Shown here: piece after piece, positions 50,426 through 62,646 of the stretch
Layout of the letters: the number at the start of each line of letters is the position of its first letter
How positions within the stretch are numbered: the first letter of the stretch is position 1
From: Camelus ferus
Taxonomy: Eukaryota
Assembly (NCBI RefSeq): GCF_009834535.1
Contig: NC_045697.1
Span: 36,024,001-36,088,000 of the forward strand
DNA: 64,000 nucleotides
Direction: 5' to 3'
Notes under the pieces: model-generated
Database searches by the model: none
Seen by the model: only the letters and a program-made list of their open reading frames with translations
Told to the model about the DNA's origin: nothing
Position numbers and translations under genes: made by a program

Positions 50426-52711
50426 GAATGGCTGATCCCAAGGAACAGCTGACGACGGGTTAGCTTTAAAATTTGGGTAGTGAGAAGCATGGGAAATCAG
50501 GACCGGGGAGACTGTAAATGGCTGTACATCTCTTCTTTCCATCAGCCTGAAAGCAAAGTAGAAGATACCCTCTCCTGATGGTTTCAACCTCATCTCGGAG
50601 ATGTAGCTCTGGGAAATCATGGTTAGCTCCTCAAAGCCCTCCTGTCCTCTTTATGTTTATCCCAATTTTGTTCAAACCATGAACACGGCGGCCAGAGAGA
50701 AGTACCTTTCCTTGCTGAGTTCTATGGAATGGTGGGAAGGGCCAGCCACGGAGGCCCATGTAGAAACAGAACAAAACAGCTCTCCCTGGGGGTCCTGGGG
50801 GTGGGGAGGGCTCTAGGTCAGCCCACCGAGACCCTCCCGCCCCCAGCAGACAGATGAGACACCCCTGGCAACTGAGAGCAGAGGCCCGGCAGCTGGGTGT
50901 CTAGGAGTAGGTCTTGACAGCTGCTGGGAGAACACACATTCCTTTTTCTTAAATCTGTTACATGGAAAAACATCCCTCTGCAATCAGTCTCCAGGTGCAG
51001 AAGCCTTAACTCCAGGGGTTTGAGTGGAGAGAAACAGCCATCCAGTGCTGGTCTAGGACAGTTCCAAACATCTTCCCAGGCAAAGCCTGCCTACGATAGT
51101 GAAGCTTCTGGCCATAGGAAGAGCTTCAGAAAACACTCTGCAGAGTTTAAAAGGGTAATTTAAAAACGTGATGTCTCACAGTTCATGAATCAGTGATGGA
51201 AAATACAAACAGACAGTCCACCCACCACAGACATTCTATATCAGCCTCAGGAGAGCTGCAAAGTCCATCAGCATACTAACGGCACTGTGAAATCCTGCAG
51301 CAAAGAATCTGCGGTTAATTTTCTGTTTAACCCAGTGTTCCCCAAACATACTTGTTCACGGAACCCTTTTGCCAGAAAAAAGTTCTTTCTGTGGAACATC
51401 ACTGGCCAAAGAGTGAGTCAGGGCCTCCTCTCATTGACACCATGCCTCCCTGCAAATGAGAAACTCCTGCCGTGAGCAGATGCATGTGCTCTTGGCCCGA
51501 CCATGGAGGCAGCAGCCTGACTGGGAGAGGACTCAATGGGCCGTCCTCAGACCTGACTGACCAGGGCCGGAAAGTTCACACTTGTTATTTTAGTCTCTCT
51601 TCAAGGTTAAGGCCAAGCTAATGAATGAAGGAATAGGGTGCCTGGGTGGAGAAGGTCAGAGACCATGTCTAGCCTGGAAGCTTCTATATGAACTGGCCAC
51701 CATGAAGGGCTGCTGGACCATCCTGGGCTTACATTTAACACAGGAGCCCCTGAACACTTTTGAGACAGTGATCTGTGTGCATTAGTTAAAAAAAATAGAG
51801 AGGGAAAATGCACTAGCCATGCGTTCCATCAGAAGCTGATTATAATTGGGAGTAGCAGGAAGGAGAACTGGTGTCCATTCCAGCCACTTACTGGTTGGTT
51901 TACAGTCTGATTGCCTTCTGTCCTCTGGCTTTTGGAATGGACCGGTTTTCCTGGCACATGCATTTATTGAACTCTGAAAGTCCAGATCTTCCATGTAGAT
52001 TAATTCATGATTTCAAAGAGGCTTTGAAGCTGGCAAAACATTCTGTTATTTCCAAGAGTTATTACAACTGAAATCCTGGCATAGACAAAGAGGTCAGACT
52101 GTAATCTTGTTTAGCTCTTTTAAATTTAGAAACTTTACAGTGGGTTAAAAATAGATCACATTTGTGTACTTTTCCTCCTTTCATCTCCGCTGCAAAAGCT
52201 GTTCAGTAATTTTGACCTACCCTCAATATTAGCCAGAGAAATTCTCGTGCTTGTCCCCCAGGAGTCTGCTAAGCCAAAATAAAAGTAATTTTCAAGTGGA
52301 TTTGGGGGTGATGCTAGTTATATGACTGAACAAAGTTCTTCCTTATCCCACATAATGAGTTCTAGAATTAAAAGCACAGGACTATCACCAAGATCTGTAA
52401 ATGGGATGTGGATTCCCACTGAGTGAAACTGTGGGACATGAGAGAAGTATTTGATAGGCTAACCTGGAGGCCTGTGTCCTGACCTATTGATCAGAAAAGA
52501 TCAGAAGGCTTAGGTCAAGAGAAGCTGTATGAGGCTGGAAGCTCAGGCTGCTTATAAATGAAAGTTAAATAAAGACTGCGCCCAATCTCAGAAGAGCCAA
52601 ATACCAGACGTTATCTTCTGGGGTCCTCGCCAGGGCAAAGCGGGTGCCAGCATTTACATGCCTAGCAAGGAGAGCATTATGCTCAGGATTGCCTCGTCGT
52701 GGTTACTTTAC

Positions 52712-52846
52712 CTTCATGAACATGCTAAATCCAGTCTTCAGGAGATCAGTGAGGCCTGAAGACATGTGTTCAATATCAACTGGATCTGGCCTCTCGGGAT
52801 TAAATATTTCCTCCACAACCTGCTTCAGCAATGGCTTGTAGGATGC
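52712..52846 (-). CDS. SCFD2: SCFD2 third-from-last coding exon (ASYKPLLKQVVEEIFNPERPDPVDIEHMSSGLTDLLKTGFSMFMK)
   Basis: TCTTTCCAG acceptor, AAG|GTAAAG donor, 135 nt, phase 0, in frame with the next exon. No further upstream exon found in the window. Confidence 0.94.
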
Positions 52847-54120
52847 CTGGAAAGACAAAATATTGTGCTGTAAGTAAGAGGGTTTGTTGCTTTGTCTGGA
52901 GAGAGGATGGCTTTATCTGAACCAAATGAAGCAAAACAAGTTTATTTTGATACTGAGCAATGGCTTTGATTTTGTGTGTGTGAAAGGACAATGTAACAAC
53001 ATGGTTTTTTGGGGGTAAATTTTTACCCCATTACACTAGCATTATTTTTTTTTCTCACATTCCCTTCCACAAGCAAATACCTCTTACCAGAGCTGTATAA
53101 TCATAGTCTGACTAACTTTTCAATGCAAATTTAAAGTGACAATTTTATGCCTGAAGTATATGGAAAAGCAAAGCACTGTCATCTGATATAGACATGAAGA
53201 TGGTCTTCAGTGTTTCTAGTATTTCCTAAACATTCTTGGAATTATGCTCTCTCCGCTAGGCTCCTGAATGCTTTCTTTCAATGTATTGTCAATCTCCAAG
53301 CCCCAAGCAATCCCTCCTTCTTTTAGAGAGGTCAACTCCAAGTACAAACTTGGCCAGAAAAAGAAGCCAAGATGCCAGAAAGGAATCTGACCAAGGTCAG
53401 GGCTTAGAGAAAGCTGGCCACATGGTACTATCAGAATTTTAGTAAAATTAAGTTGATGTGAATTTGCAACAATGGTAGTTTGGTAAAGGGGCTAAATCTA
53501 TCCACGGTTGGGTACTATTTGGAGGTGGCTGCCTCTGACCAATGTATATTTTAAGCAGGTTCCCCCCACCTCTTTCCTTGGGTCTCCTTACTACCATGTC
53601 TTAGTCATCTTTTATTCCTATTTTCCCTTTATTCCAACTTTCTTACTTAAACTATTTTAGGAATAAAGCAGGGTATAAACCATCAAAATCATAAACAATC
53701 CTTTAGCTAGAAGGTAACTGGTGCATTGATCATGGAAAAGATGCTGGAAGAAATAGCAAGTGTTGATTTGAGGGTGCAGCTCTCCTCTGTTTATTCATCA
53801 AATCAACCACTGTGTGCCAGAGATCTCATAGGTAAACACTCATAAAATGGAAAGTACTGGGCAGAGACACCAATAACAAAGAAATTAAAATAAACAAAAA
53901 CAAAAACTATGAGTCAACTTTCCTCATAATAAAGCTGTAATGCCAAGATAGATTTGTAGATTTATCACACAGGCAAAAATCCAGAGGTTTGAAAAGACAC
54001 TCTTTTGATGAGGCCTTGGGGAAACAGACATGCTCCAATACTGCTGGTGGGAGTATAAATTGTTACAACCAGTGTGGAGAGGAGTTGGGCAATACCTATC
54101 AAAATTACAAATGCATCTGA

Positions 54121-54121
54121 T

Positions 54122-54173
<52 letters not shown>

Positions 54174-54690
54174 AATACTACTCAGTCATAAAAAAGAATA
54201 AAATAAAGCCATTTGCAGTAACATGGATGGACTTGGAGATTGTCGTACTATGTGAAGTAAGCCAGAAAGAGAAAGAAAAATACCATATGATATCACTTAT
54301 ATGTGGAATCTAAAATAAATAAACAAATAAAAGAATACAAATGAATTTATTTACAAAACAGAGACAGACTCACAGACATAGAAAACAAACTTGTGGTTAC
54401 GGGGTATGGGGAAGGGGGCGTTGGAGGGATAAAGTGGGAGTTTGGAGTTTATAGATACTATTATATATAAAATAGATAAACAACTAGGACCTACTTTATA
54501 GCACAGGGGACTATATTCAATACCTTGTAATAGCCTATAATGAAAAAGAATATGAAAAGGAATATATATATATATATATGTATATATGTATATATGTATA
54601 TGTAAATCACTATGCTGTATACCAGAAATTAACACATTGTAAATTGACTATTATTCAATTAAAAAACAAAAACAAAAACAAAATAAAACA
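54121..54690 (+). mobile_element. 5'-truncated LINE-1, same family as 24247-24717, nested in an older L1
   Basis: EYYSVIKKNKIKPFAVTWMDLEIVVLCEVSQKEKEKYHMISLICGI*, 3'UTR, (CAAAAA)n tail; degenerate TSD CA(A/C)AT(G/A)CATCTGA. Confidence 0.9.
54129..54170. repeat. (AC)21 microsatellite at the 5' end of the young L1
   Basis: Read directly. Confidence 0.95.
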
Positions 54691-55367
54691 CATACATCTG
54701 ACCTAGCAATTCCAAATCTAGGAATTTATCCTATAAATATGCTCATATATGCAAATGAGATCCATTAAGGGCTGTTTATAACAGCAAAGATTGAAAACAA
54801 CTCATGTGCCCATCAGTAGGGGGGCAGTTTAATCAATGGGATGCATGCAAAGAGGGAAGTTCTGTGCTGATATAGCAAAAAGCAAGGTGATGAGGCCTGC
54901 TGTGTATGATGGGCTGGCATTTGTGTAACATGTGCCGGAGGGTATAAGAAAGTTTGCATTTGCTGAAACATGCAAAAAATAAACTCTGCTGTGATATACA
55001 GAGACCACTGTGAGCAGTGATCATGGAGTGGGGGATTGGACAAGGGACAAAGGTGGGAGGAAGCCCTTTCATTGTATTGCTTTTTTAAAAAGCACAGTTA
55101 AACCACCACTACACGTGCATACAGCAAGAATGATCTTTTTTTTCTTACATTAAAAATTAATAAATCATTTATGCATGGAATAGACTATAGTGAAGCCAAA
55201 CTAGATTAGGGCTAACTTTAGGTTATGGGAGTAGGGGACATTGTTTTCTTCTTTTTCCAAAATTTAAAAAATGAATAGGTATGCCTCTGGAATCATAAAA
55301 TAATCCAAAAATATTTTCAATGTTAAAAAAAGGGTCATGGAATGGCCTCTGAACTCTACAGATCCTC

Positions 55368-55428
55368 TTTTTTTTTTTTTTTTTTGTAAGTGGTGCTACT
55401 GGGGATTGAACCCAGAACCCAGGACCTC
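55368..55428 (-). mobile_element. 5'-truncated tRNA-derived SINE
   Basis: Poly-T plus TACTGGGGATTGAACCCAGAACCCAGGACCTC (box B part only, with a 7-nt internal duplication). Confidence 0.75.
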
Positions 55429-55524
55429 TTCTATCATTTCAGCCGTTCTGGACATTTAATCTCTTAAACTTTAATCTCTTTAAAATGCTCCCCATTGAGA
55501 AGTCCTTTGGCTAATACTCTGTTG

Positions 55525-55930
55525 TCTTACCAGCATTATCATCAAATAGTCATCAATTTCTTCCTTAGGAAGAGAATCCAACTTTTGGCCAGGCACATGA
55601 TCAGTTAGCTGAAAGACTCCATTCTCCAGGCTTCCTTGCTACTGGGTATGAAAGTTCTGCGCCATGAGACATGAATAAAAGGGGAGTGGGACTTTCAGAA
55701 GTCTCCTTTTTTTAAAAGTGGGACTTTTTAAAGTCTCCTTTTTCCTCCCCTTTCTCTGTTCTGCTGCCTGGAACATGGAAGTGATGGCTGGAGCTCCAGC
55801 AACCACTGTGGAAGACAGAGCCATTCCTTAGAGATGCTGGAGCAGAGAGTTGGAAGGAAGCCAGGTGGGTGATGACTGGTGGAGCCATCATAACCATAAC
55901 ATGAACAGACCTTTTCATGTTATGGTTACA
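55525..55930 (+). mobile_element. MaLR LTR (MLT1I/J-like)
   Basis: CTGCTGCCTGGAACATGGAAGTGATGGCTGGAGCTCCAGCAACCA...TGGAAGGAAGCCAGGT. Confidence 0.55.
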
Positions 55931-56469
55931 TTTATTTGTTTTATTCGTCTATATACAGTTAGGTAGAATAACTTCAAGCAGAACCACAGAGAAATACACA
56001 TAGGCTGTCACATTTAAGAGAGGAAGGGAGTATACCGTCCAACCTACAGAAACAAAAAAGGCCGTTGCTCTCCATAGGATGCACGTTCAAAAGAAGGAAG
56101 AGTAGTGATGCTGAGAAGAGCCGGTCCTGTCATCCAGCAAAAACACTGTGCCCGGCACCTCCTTTGTGCCAGGCACAGTGTACCAGGGAGACAGGATGGC
56201 TCTTGGGGCTCCAGAAGCCCCCCACAGACTGGGAGGCAGGGGAAAGAAGGCAGTGTAGGGTGTTAGGAATTCCGCTCTCTCCCCTGCTCCACTTTCAGCT
56301 AAGCTCTGGAGAGTGACACTCCGGGGAGAAGATGCCCCTTGAGCTAGGGTTTCCCTGGGGACGGGGTGAGCAGAGATTTGTGAGCTCTATTCCGTTCATA
56401 CTTTCTCTCCTGGGACTTTGTGATCCTTGTATGTTACTGGGCAATGTTGTCAATCTTTTTTATTCTTTT

Positions 56470-56725
56470 TTAAGGTATGTAGGTAACGTATTTAGAGTGA
56501 GAAAAGAAGCTACAATTTTAATACAGAAAAGTAGCAGATAACAAACACATCACATAATCCAGAAAAATCACAAAAATGTTTTTATTAACAAACTGCTTGA
56601 CATACCTCTATAATACTCATTTCTCACATTTCTTGACTGCATTCTCTCCTGACATTTATATGACATTTTCATATGATTGTCTTCTCACATGATAGCAACT
56701 TTAAAACATCATTTTCTACAGAAAG
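56470..56725. mobile_element. hAT DNA transposon fragment (Arthur1-like)
   Basis: TATTTAGAGTGAGAAAAGAAG...CATCACATAATCCAGAAAAATCACA...GACATACCTCTATAATACT; recalled similarity only. Confidence 0.45.
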
Positions 56726-56745
56726 ATGAGATTTTTTTAAGTGCA

Positions 56746-56854
56746 TTTTTTTCTTTTCTTTCTTTTCTTTTTTTCAGTATAGGCACTGGGAATTGAATCC
56801 AGGACCTCGTGCGTGCTAGGCATGTGCTCTACCACTGAGCTGTACCCACACCCC
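56746..56854 (-). mobile_element. tRNA-derived SINE (Vic-1-like)
   Basis: T-rich tail plus GGCACTGGGAATTGAATCCAGGACCTCG...CTCTACCACTGAGCTGTACCC. Confidence 0.85.
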
Positions 56855-56859
56855 ACCAT

Positions 56860-57080
56860 TATTATGCTGTTGTCTCTAGACCCCAAACCCTCCCTCCTCT
56901 ACTCAGTTCTGAGATGCTGGCCTGCAAAACATATTTGTGCTTTGCCATCTAGATCTGCTAGACTCCGCCAACAGGGGGCACGGGAAGGAGACTGGAGGCA
57001 GGAAAAGCAAGCAGGAACTTGCTCCTCCCTATTTATTTGCTGTCCTCCCCATCACTCCAGCAATGGCCCCTCACCACTTG
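56860..57080 (+). mobile_element. ERVL LTR41-like fragment with CTCF-like motif
   Basis: GATGCTGGCCTGCAAAACATATTTGTGCTTTGCCA...CCGCCAACAGGGGGCACGGGAAGGAGACTG...ACTTGCTCCT resembles the recalled LTR41 5' consensus. Confidence 0.65.
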
Positions 57081-57727
57081 AAGCTGTCCTGTCTCTGGAT
57101 TTTTAAGACATACGACCCCATACACTACCTTTCTTGTTTAAGCTGGTTTCAGCTTTTTCCTTTTTCTATTTTCACTTGTAATCAAAAGCCCATTAAATGA
57201 TAAAAGTATTATTAATTTAAAGAGATGTTGATAGGTTTTCCTACTTAAATATTATATTTAAAAAAAGACCTCTAGATTCTTCTTTAAAACAACTAGGCAC
57301 AGCACAACTGAATAATAACGTCCATTTAAAGAGCACGATTTGGGAAAGACTTTCTCAGGTACAAAGCAGTCCTTGTCTTGTGACTTCTTAGCAGACGCAT
57401 TTCTTAGTCTTCCCAATTAGGGTTTTAATCATGAGAACTTTTGGCTCCTTCCGCACTTAGGATTTTTTTCTGCCCCAGATCATGTCACTGAAATCTGAGT
57501 GGAATGAACTGCTTTGGCAGTAGCTTCTTAGATGAGGACCCGCTAACTGTCATGGAATTTTCTATTCAGCCAGAAGCTACCCACTTCTCAGCAAAGGACC
57601 ATAGAAAGTGGTGATGGGGAGACAGATGTCTTCCCTGAGGGCCCTGCTCAAAGTTTTCTTCACATGTTAGAGAGGGCCAGAGGGGAGCGTACTCCTGTAG
57701 TTTGCCTCAACATAAGAGGGTTAGCTA

Positions 57728-57823
57728 GGGGGTGGGTAGAGCTCAGTGGTACGGCACATGCCTACATGCACGAGGTCCTGGTTTCAGTTCTCTGTACCCC
57801 CATTAACTGAAAAAGAAAAAAAA
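57728..57823 (+). mobile_element. tRNA-derived SINE (Vic-1-like)
   Basis: GGGGGTGGGTAGAGCTCAGTGGTA...GAGGTCCTGGTTTCAG, A tail; degenerate TSD GGTTA(G/A)CTAG. Confidence 0.85.
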
Positions 57824-57899
57824 GGTTAACTAGAGTATTTTAATTTAATAACTGAATATTCACTGTCAGTTTACCTTTTAGCGGGGAAGGAGAGGAATT

Positions 57900-58288
57900 A
57901 AAAACAGACAGATTCATCCTTATTTCTCACTTGTGCCACATCCAGTGTGTGGTGGCAGCAGGGGGTCTCTGCCCTACACAGTCATTCAGACACCCAGGTT
58001 CCTGCTATTGAGAGGCTCCATCACTCCCCAGGGCACAGGAATCCCACACTAAAGCTTTTGCATCTCATCAGCAGAGGATGAAAGAGAGAGTGTATGGAGG
58101 ATTTCCAGAGAGATTTTATGGGCTCGGCCTGAAAGTGATCTGTATCACTTCTGCCCATTGCTCATTGGCCAGAATTAGTCACAAGCCTACATCTACCTGC
58201 AAGGGAATTTGGAAAATGTGATCTAACTGCGCCAGGAGGAAAAGGAAATGGAGTTTGGGGAACATACGTAGCATTGTCTCTGCCACAG
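57900..58288 (-). mobile_element. MaLR LTR (MLT1J-like)
   Basis: CAGTCATTCAGACACCCAGG...CATTGGCCAGAATTAGTCACA...CTGCAAGGGA...GTCTCTGCCACA. Confidence 0.65.
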
Positions 58289-58901
58289 ACACACCAGAAA
58301 GTCTGAATTGAAACACTAATGTAATTATTCCCTTAACAATGGGCAAGTTGCATGTTGTAGGCAAAGGATTATTAAACCTCTTTTTCCTTCTGCATAAGAA
58401 TTTGACCTTTAGTTAACTTTCTAGCTCTGTTTCCCTGGAAACCTGATAAGGGAAGAATGTCAAACTCTAGCCAGGCAAGATTGCTTATGATAAAAATGAC
58501 CCCTGCTTAGTCAATTGCATTAGGCTGGAATAACTATAAATAGTGGACAGAAAGCCAGGGCTTTGGGCTTCACTGAATACAATGACTCTTGTCTAATTGG
58601 CCATGTCTCTTGGAGGAATGCTGGAAGCTCTGTCTGTGGAGTTGTTCCAGAGAAATTGGCTCCTGTAGGTTATGAGGTTTTTAAGCGAGTGGAATCCTGC
58701 CCCCAGCCATCCCCTCATGTGAGTCTAGTCCCTCACTCCTCAGCTGTCACCTCAGACCAAACCGAATAGCTCCTAGGTAGCTGCATGACTGCTTCATGGA
58801 TGCTCGCAAGGACTACTTCAAACAAGAAACACATCTGCTGCTCCCTGTAGTGAGCTATGTTCCTGTCCTGGGCAGACTGGTCCAAGTGGGGACTACGATC
58901 A

Positions 58902-59314
58902 CACAGCTGACTTGCCCACAAGGCACAGAATGCTTGATGCCTAGGGCCCACAAGACTGTTAGGGACCCATGAAAATGTATTAATTTCTTTTAAAAATCAC
59001 AAGAAAAAAAATGAACTCTTAGGTCAAAGATAATGTCTTGATATATAATGTTAATATATTTGTTTCTATACTGACGCAATTGTATGATATAATTATATAT
59101 GTAATTGAATACATGTAAATATATATGAATATAAATACACATACGAATGTATAGTCAATAAATTTATTCAAATAAATATATTTATATATAGAATTTTAAT
59201 TTTATGTATAATATTCAATAAATATTTATTTAAATATATATATATTTCTATTTGTACAGAAAGAGCTCTATGAAGGCAAAGTGCTTAAGGCCGTGAAAAT
59301 CACAAGGTGGCCCT
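58902..59314 (+). mobile_element. hAT-Tip100 MITE (ORSL-like) with internal AT-rich expansion
   Basis: TGCCTAGGGCCCACAAGAC...GAAAATGTATTAATTTCTTTTAAAATCACAAGAAAAAAAATGAA...GAAGGCAAAGTGCTTAAGGCCGTGAAAATCACAAGGTGGCCCT; matches the recalled ORSL consensus. Confidence 0.65.
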
Positions 59315-61024
59315 ATATGACAGTCTCGTGAGGCTAGCCTGAACGTTTGGCAGAGTCTGATGAGACCACCATGGGTGTTACACACGAAATAGTTGAAGTT
59401 GCAAAAAAAACTGATCTTATAACTAGAAACGCTCTTTTTTTCTTTAAATGGCCAATATCTCTTTCAGAACAAGCTGGGCTTTTAAAAATAGTACAGTTGA
59501 TCAAAATATGAAAAATAAAATACTTGTTTCTATGTCTCTGGTTACTCTTTTGAGGGCGAGATGATGAACGATTAGGTCTAGAAGACGTATTGACCTGATT
59601 CTAGCTCTTGAAGAAAGGTACCGAGTACAGCAACGGTTTCTGACATTACACATCAGGCAGAGACAATTTTGAGAAACTGGTCCGACCTCTCGACTGTGGC
59701 ATACCTTAAAGATGGCTTAGGACATCAGTTTCCAAGAAACCTTGCGTAGCTGCCACAGCCACATCCTCATCAGTCAGTGCTGCCGACCTTGGCTTTGCTG
59801 GTTGGTGTTGGTGCCGCCAGGGACTCTCTCGGTCCTGCTACTGAAGGTGCTTCTTTCTTTTCTGCAGAACTGACTCTAAACAACCAACTTCTCAGGAAAA
59901 CTCGACTTGTATAGAGGGTATTCACTTTATTTCAATCCAAGACTGTACAGAAAAACATTTGTTCTAAGCTGGTCTTGGCTTTGACTACTCTGTGGCTTAT
60001 TTATTTTTATTTTTTGCTGCACCATGACTTTTTTCCTCCTTTCATCTGCTTAAAGAAAGTGGTTTGCTCTGCAGATTAAAAAGTGGTTCATTTGTCTATC
60101 TGTTCATCCATTCATCCATCCTTCAAATGAGAAGTGGATTACTCTTTAAAATTTTGAGTATAGTCCTTTCAACTTCAATATGAAGAAACCAAATCCCAAA
60201 GCTCTTAACCAACTTGCTATCATTCACACAGGCAGTTAGAAGTTAGACTACAGGACAGAGCCAAGTTTCCTGGCCCCCTATTTAGTCCTATCTTTTGCTG
60301 ATTCTTTTGAAAAGGATGCTCGCAGGTGTGGGGTTAGGTAGATGGAATCAGGAGGAAGAACAGAGCTTAGCGCTTAGAAAAGAACAGCTGGTGGCCAGGG
60401 CTGGGGACTGCTGACAAAGAGACTGGGCCTACAGACTGTTCAGAGTGCCATATTTCACCGGGCACAAGATGAATCAAGCCTCCTTGGGCCCTGCTGGTTC
60501 TAAAGGCTCTTGTTCAGCATGCCAGAGGCACAGAAGACAGTACGCATCTGTGGAAAGTTTTCTCCAGTGCAGGGCAGCACTTTGAGACTTCTGCCAAAGC
60601 CAGCCATGCAAGAGCCCTACATTACTTTGTCAGAAAGGGCTCCTAAGCTTCTCGCCCTGAGACATCTGCCTAACACCCTCCCAATGCTGCAGCCGAGGGA
60701 TGGGAGCACATCAAACACTGGCATCTAGGAAGGAGGTTAAGCCTCTCATTAAACTGGAACATTTGCAGTAAGAAACGAAAGCATAAGAAGACTTGCTGCA
60801 CAGGCAAAAGTGGGGCTTAGGTTCCAGTCCTCAGAGTCTGTAGACAAACACGAGCTTTCCAAACCAATGGGTGTCGGCAGTAAACTCTGACCATATGCTG
60901 CAGCTAATAGGACCTTCAGCTTGAGAATGACTCCCTTTCTGTGTAGCCCATCTCCCAACAAAGGAAAAGACAGGATGCTACGGAAGAGGACAAAGGGAAG
61001 GCCTATTTCATCCTTTACTACAAC

Positions 61025-61240
61025 TGTTGCAGCAAACGCCTACATAGTGCTGTCTATGCGTCAGCTCCTGTCCTTAGAGATTTATATGTATGGACTGACC
61101 TAATCATCAGAGCACTCTTATGAAGGAGCTACTATTAGGAGCTCCTTCTTACAGAAGAGGAACTAGGCACAGAGAGGTGAAGTAATTTGCCTAAGGTCAC
61201 ACAGTTAGTAAGGAGCAGAGCTGGGCTATGAACCCAAGTG
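61025..61240 (-). mobile_element. MIR SINE
   Basis: TTACAGAAGAGGAACTAGGCACAGAGAGGTGAAGTAATTTGCCTAAGGTCACACAGTTAGTAAG. Confidence 0.8.
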
Positions 61241-62560
61241 CTGCTGTTAATCTATGTGCTAATATCCCTCTTACTAAGAATTAAGAATGTGAGAAATGCA
61301 ATTCTGGATAAGACCCGCAGTCCAGGATCCATCCATCCATCCATCCATTCACCTACCTACCCACCCACCTACTGGATGGCAAGCACTGAGTGGAGCTCTG
61401 CATTTACCATGGTGAACAGACACAGAAGCTGTCTCCAGCTTTGGTGGTATGTTCTTCAAGTCAAGAGCTTCAGTGGCAGCCTCATGAACTCCATCACTCC
61501 TGCTCTCCTGACTGTGGGAGAGGTACTGGTTCCCTTGGAGGGCCAGGTGTATGGTAATGTTCCGGGCTCATTCCTAGAGATCTAGTCTAGATCCCATTCC
61601 TCCAGCTCTTCATGAAATTTTATATGTACTTAATTCCTTGTATGAAATCACGCTCTCCTTAAAATGTCAAGAGTGATGTCTGCTTTCAGCATCTGAGCTG
61701 TGACTGACACAGCCCTTCCTAAAGGGCTAAAGGATGAAGGTTAAATAAGAGGTGCCTCTAATGCTAGCAGAAGAAACAGGAGTGGCTCCGAGAGCCAACT
61801 CATTTGCTTTGGAGCAGGAGAGAGGTACCCTGGGAGGGACCCCAAGATCCAGAGGAGAGAGCCCTGATATGTAGCACTGGTCAGAGTTGGAACAGGAACC
61901 CCTGGCCAGACCAGGTCTATTGTCTTCCCAGGTTTCCCAGGGAGCCCAGGACATCCCAACTAGATTCTGTGTGGAAACAGCATGGAGCTAGAGAGAAAAC
62001 ACAATTTTTTCCTGGAGCTACTGGGCTGAGGACCAAATTAGGAGAAGGTTTGGACAGAAAGTTGCCCAGCCAAGGTCCATCTTCAAAGCTAGACATAGCT
62101 GGACTCTGTTTTGAGTCTGGACACTTGTCTTTTTCTATGTATACACATTTTTCTACCAACAAATCCTTCAATATATGATGAAGATATACGTAGTGCATTC
62201 AAGATGCATCCAACAAATATTTATCAAGCACCTACTATGTGCAAGATACCGCTCTAGGCACTGAGGATATGGCAGTGGACAAGCCAGCTCAAAATCCTTG
62301 TCCTCACGGGGCTTACAGCTGTGATTGAACACTTTAAATTCAAGAAATGCTGGAAAACCCAAACAGGTAAAAATCGTCCATAATACTATCAAAAACTCTT
62401 CCTCTGTATTTGTAAATATAGAGCAAGAAGCCAGAGTTCCTCCTTGTCCATCCAACCCTTCCTGTTCCTCACAAGGTAACCATTATAAATTTCTCCTAAA
62501 ATTTTAAAGACTTATTAAATATACATACCCATATACTTTTATACTTACTATTGTTATTAC

Positions 62561-62646
62561 TTTTAAATGGAGGTACTGGGGGTTAAACCTAGGACCTCAT
62601 GCATGCAATCTGCCATTGAGCTATACCCACCTATACCCACCTCTCC
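62561..62646 (-). mobile_element. tRNA-derived SINE (Vic-1-like), inside an older L1 fragment
   Basis: ATGGAGGTACTGGGGGTTAAACCTAGGACCTCATGCATGC...GAGCTATACCCAC with a 10-bp tandem duplication at 62621-62640. Confidence 0.8.

Larger units (their letters stand above)
53880..55070 (+). mobile_element. Old L1 (L1M-type) fragment split by the younger L1
   Basis: CTGCTGGTGGGAGTATAAATTG...CTATCAAAATTACAAATGCAT resumes after the insertion as CTGACCTAGCAATTCCAAATCTAGGAATTTATCC. Confidence 0.7.
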
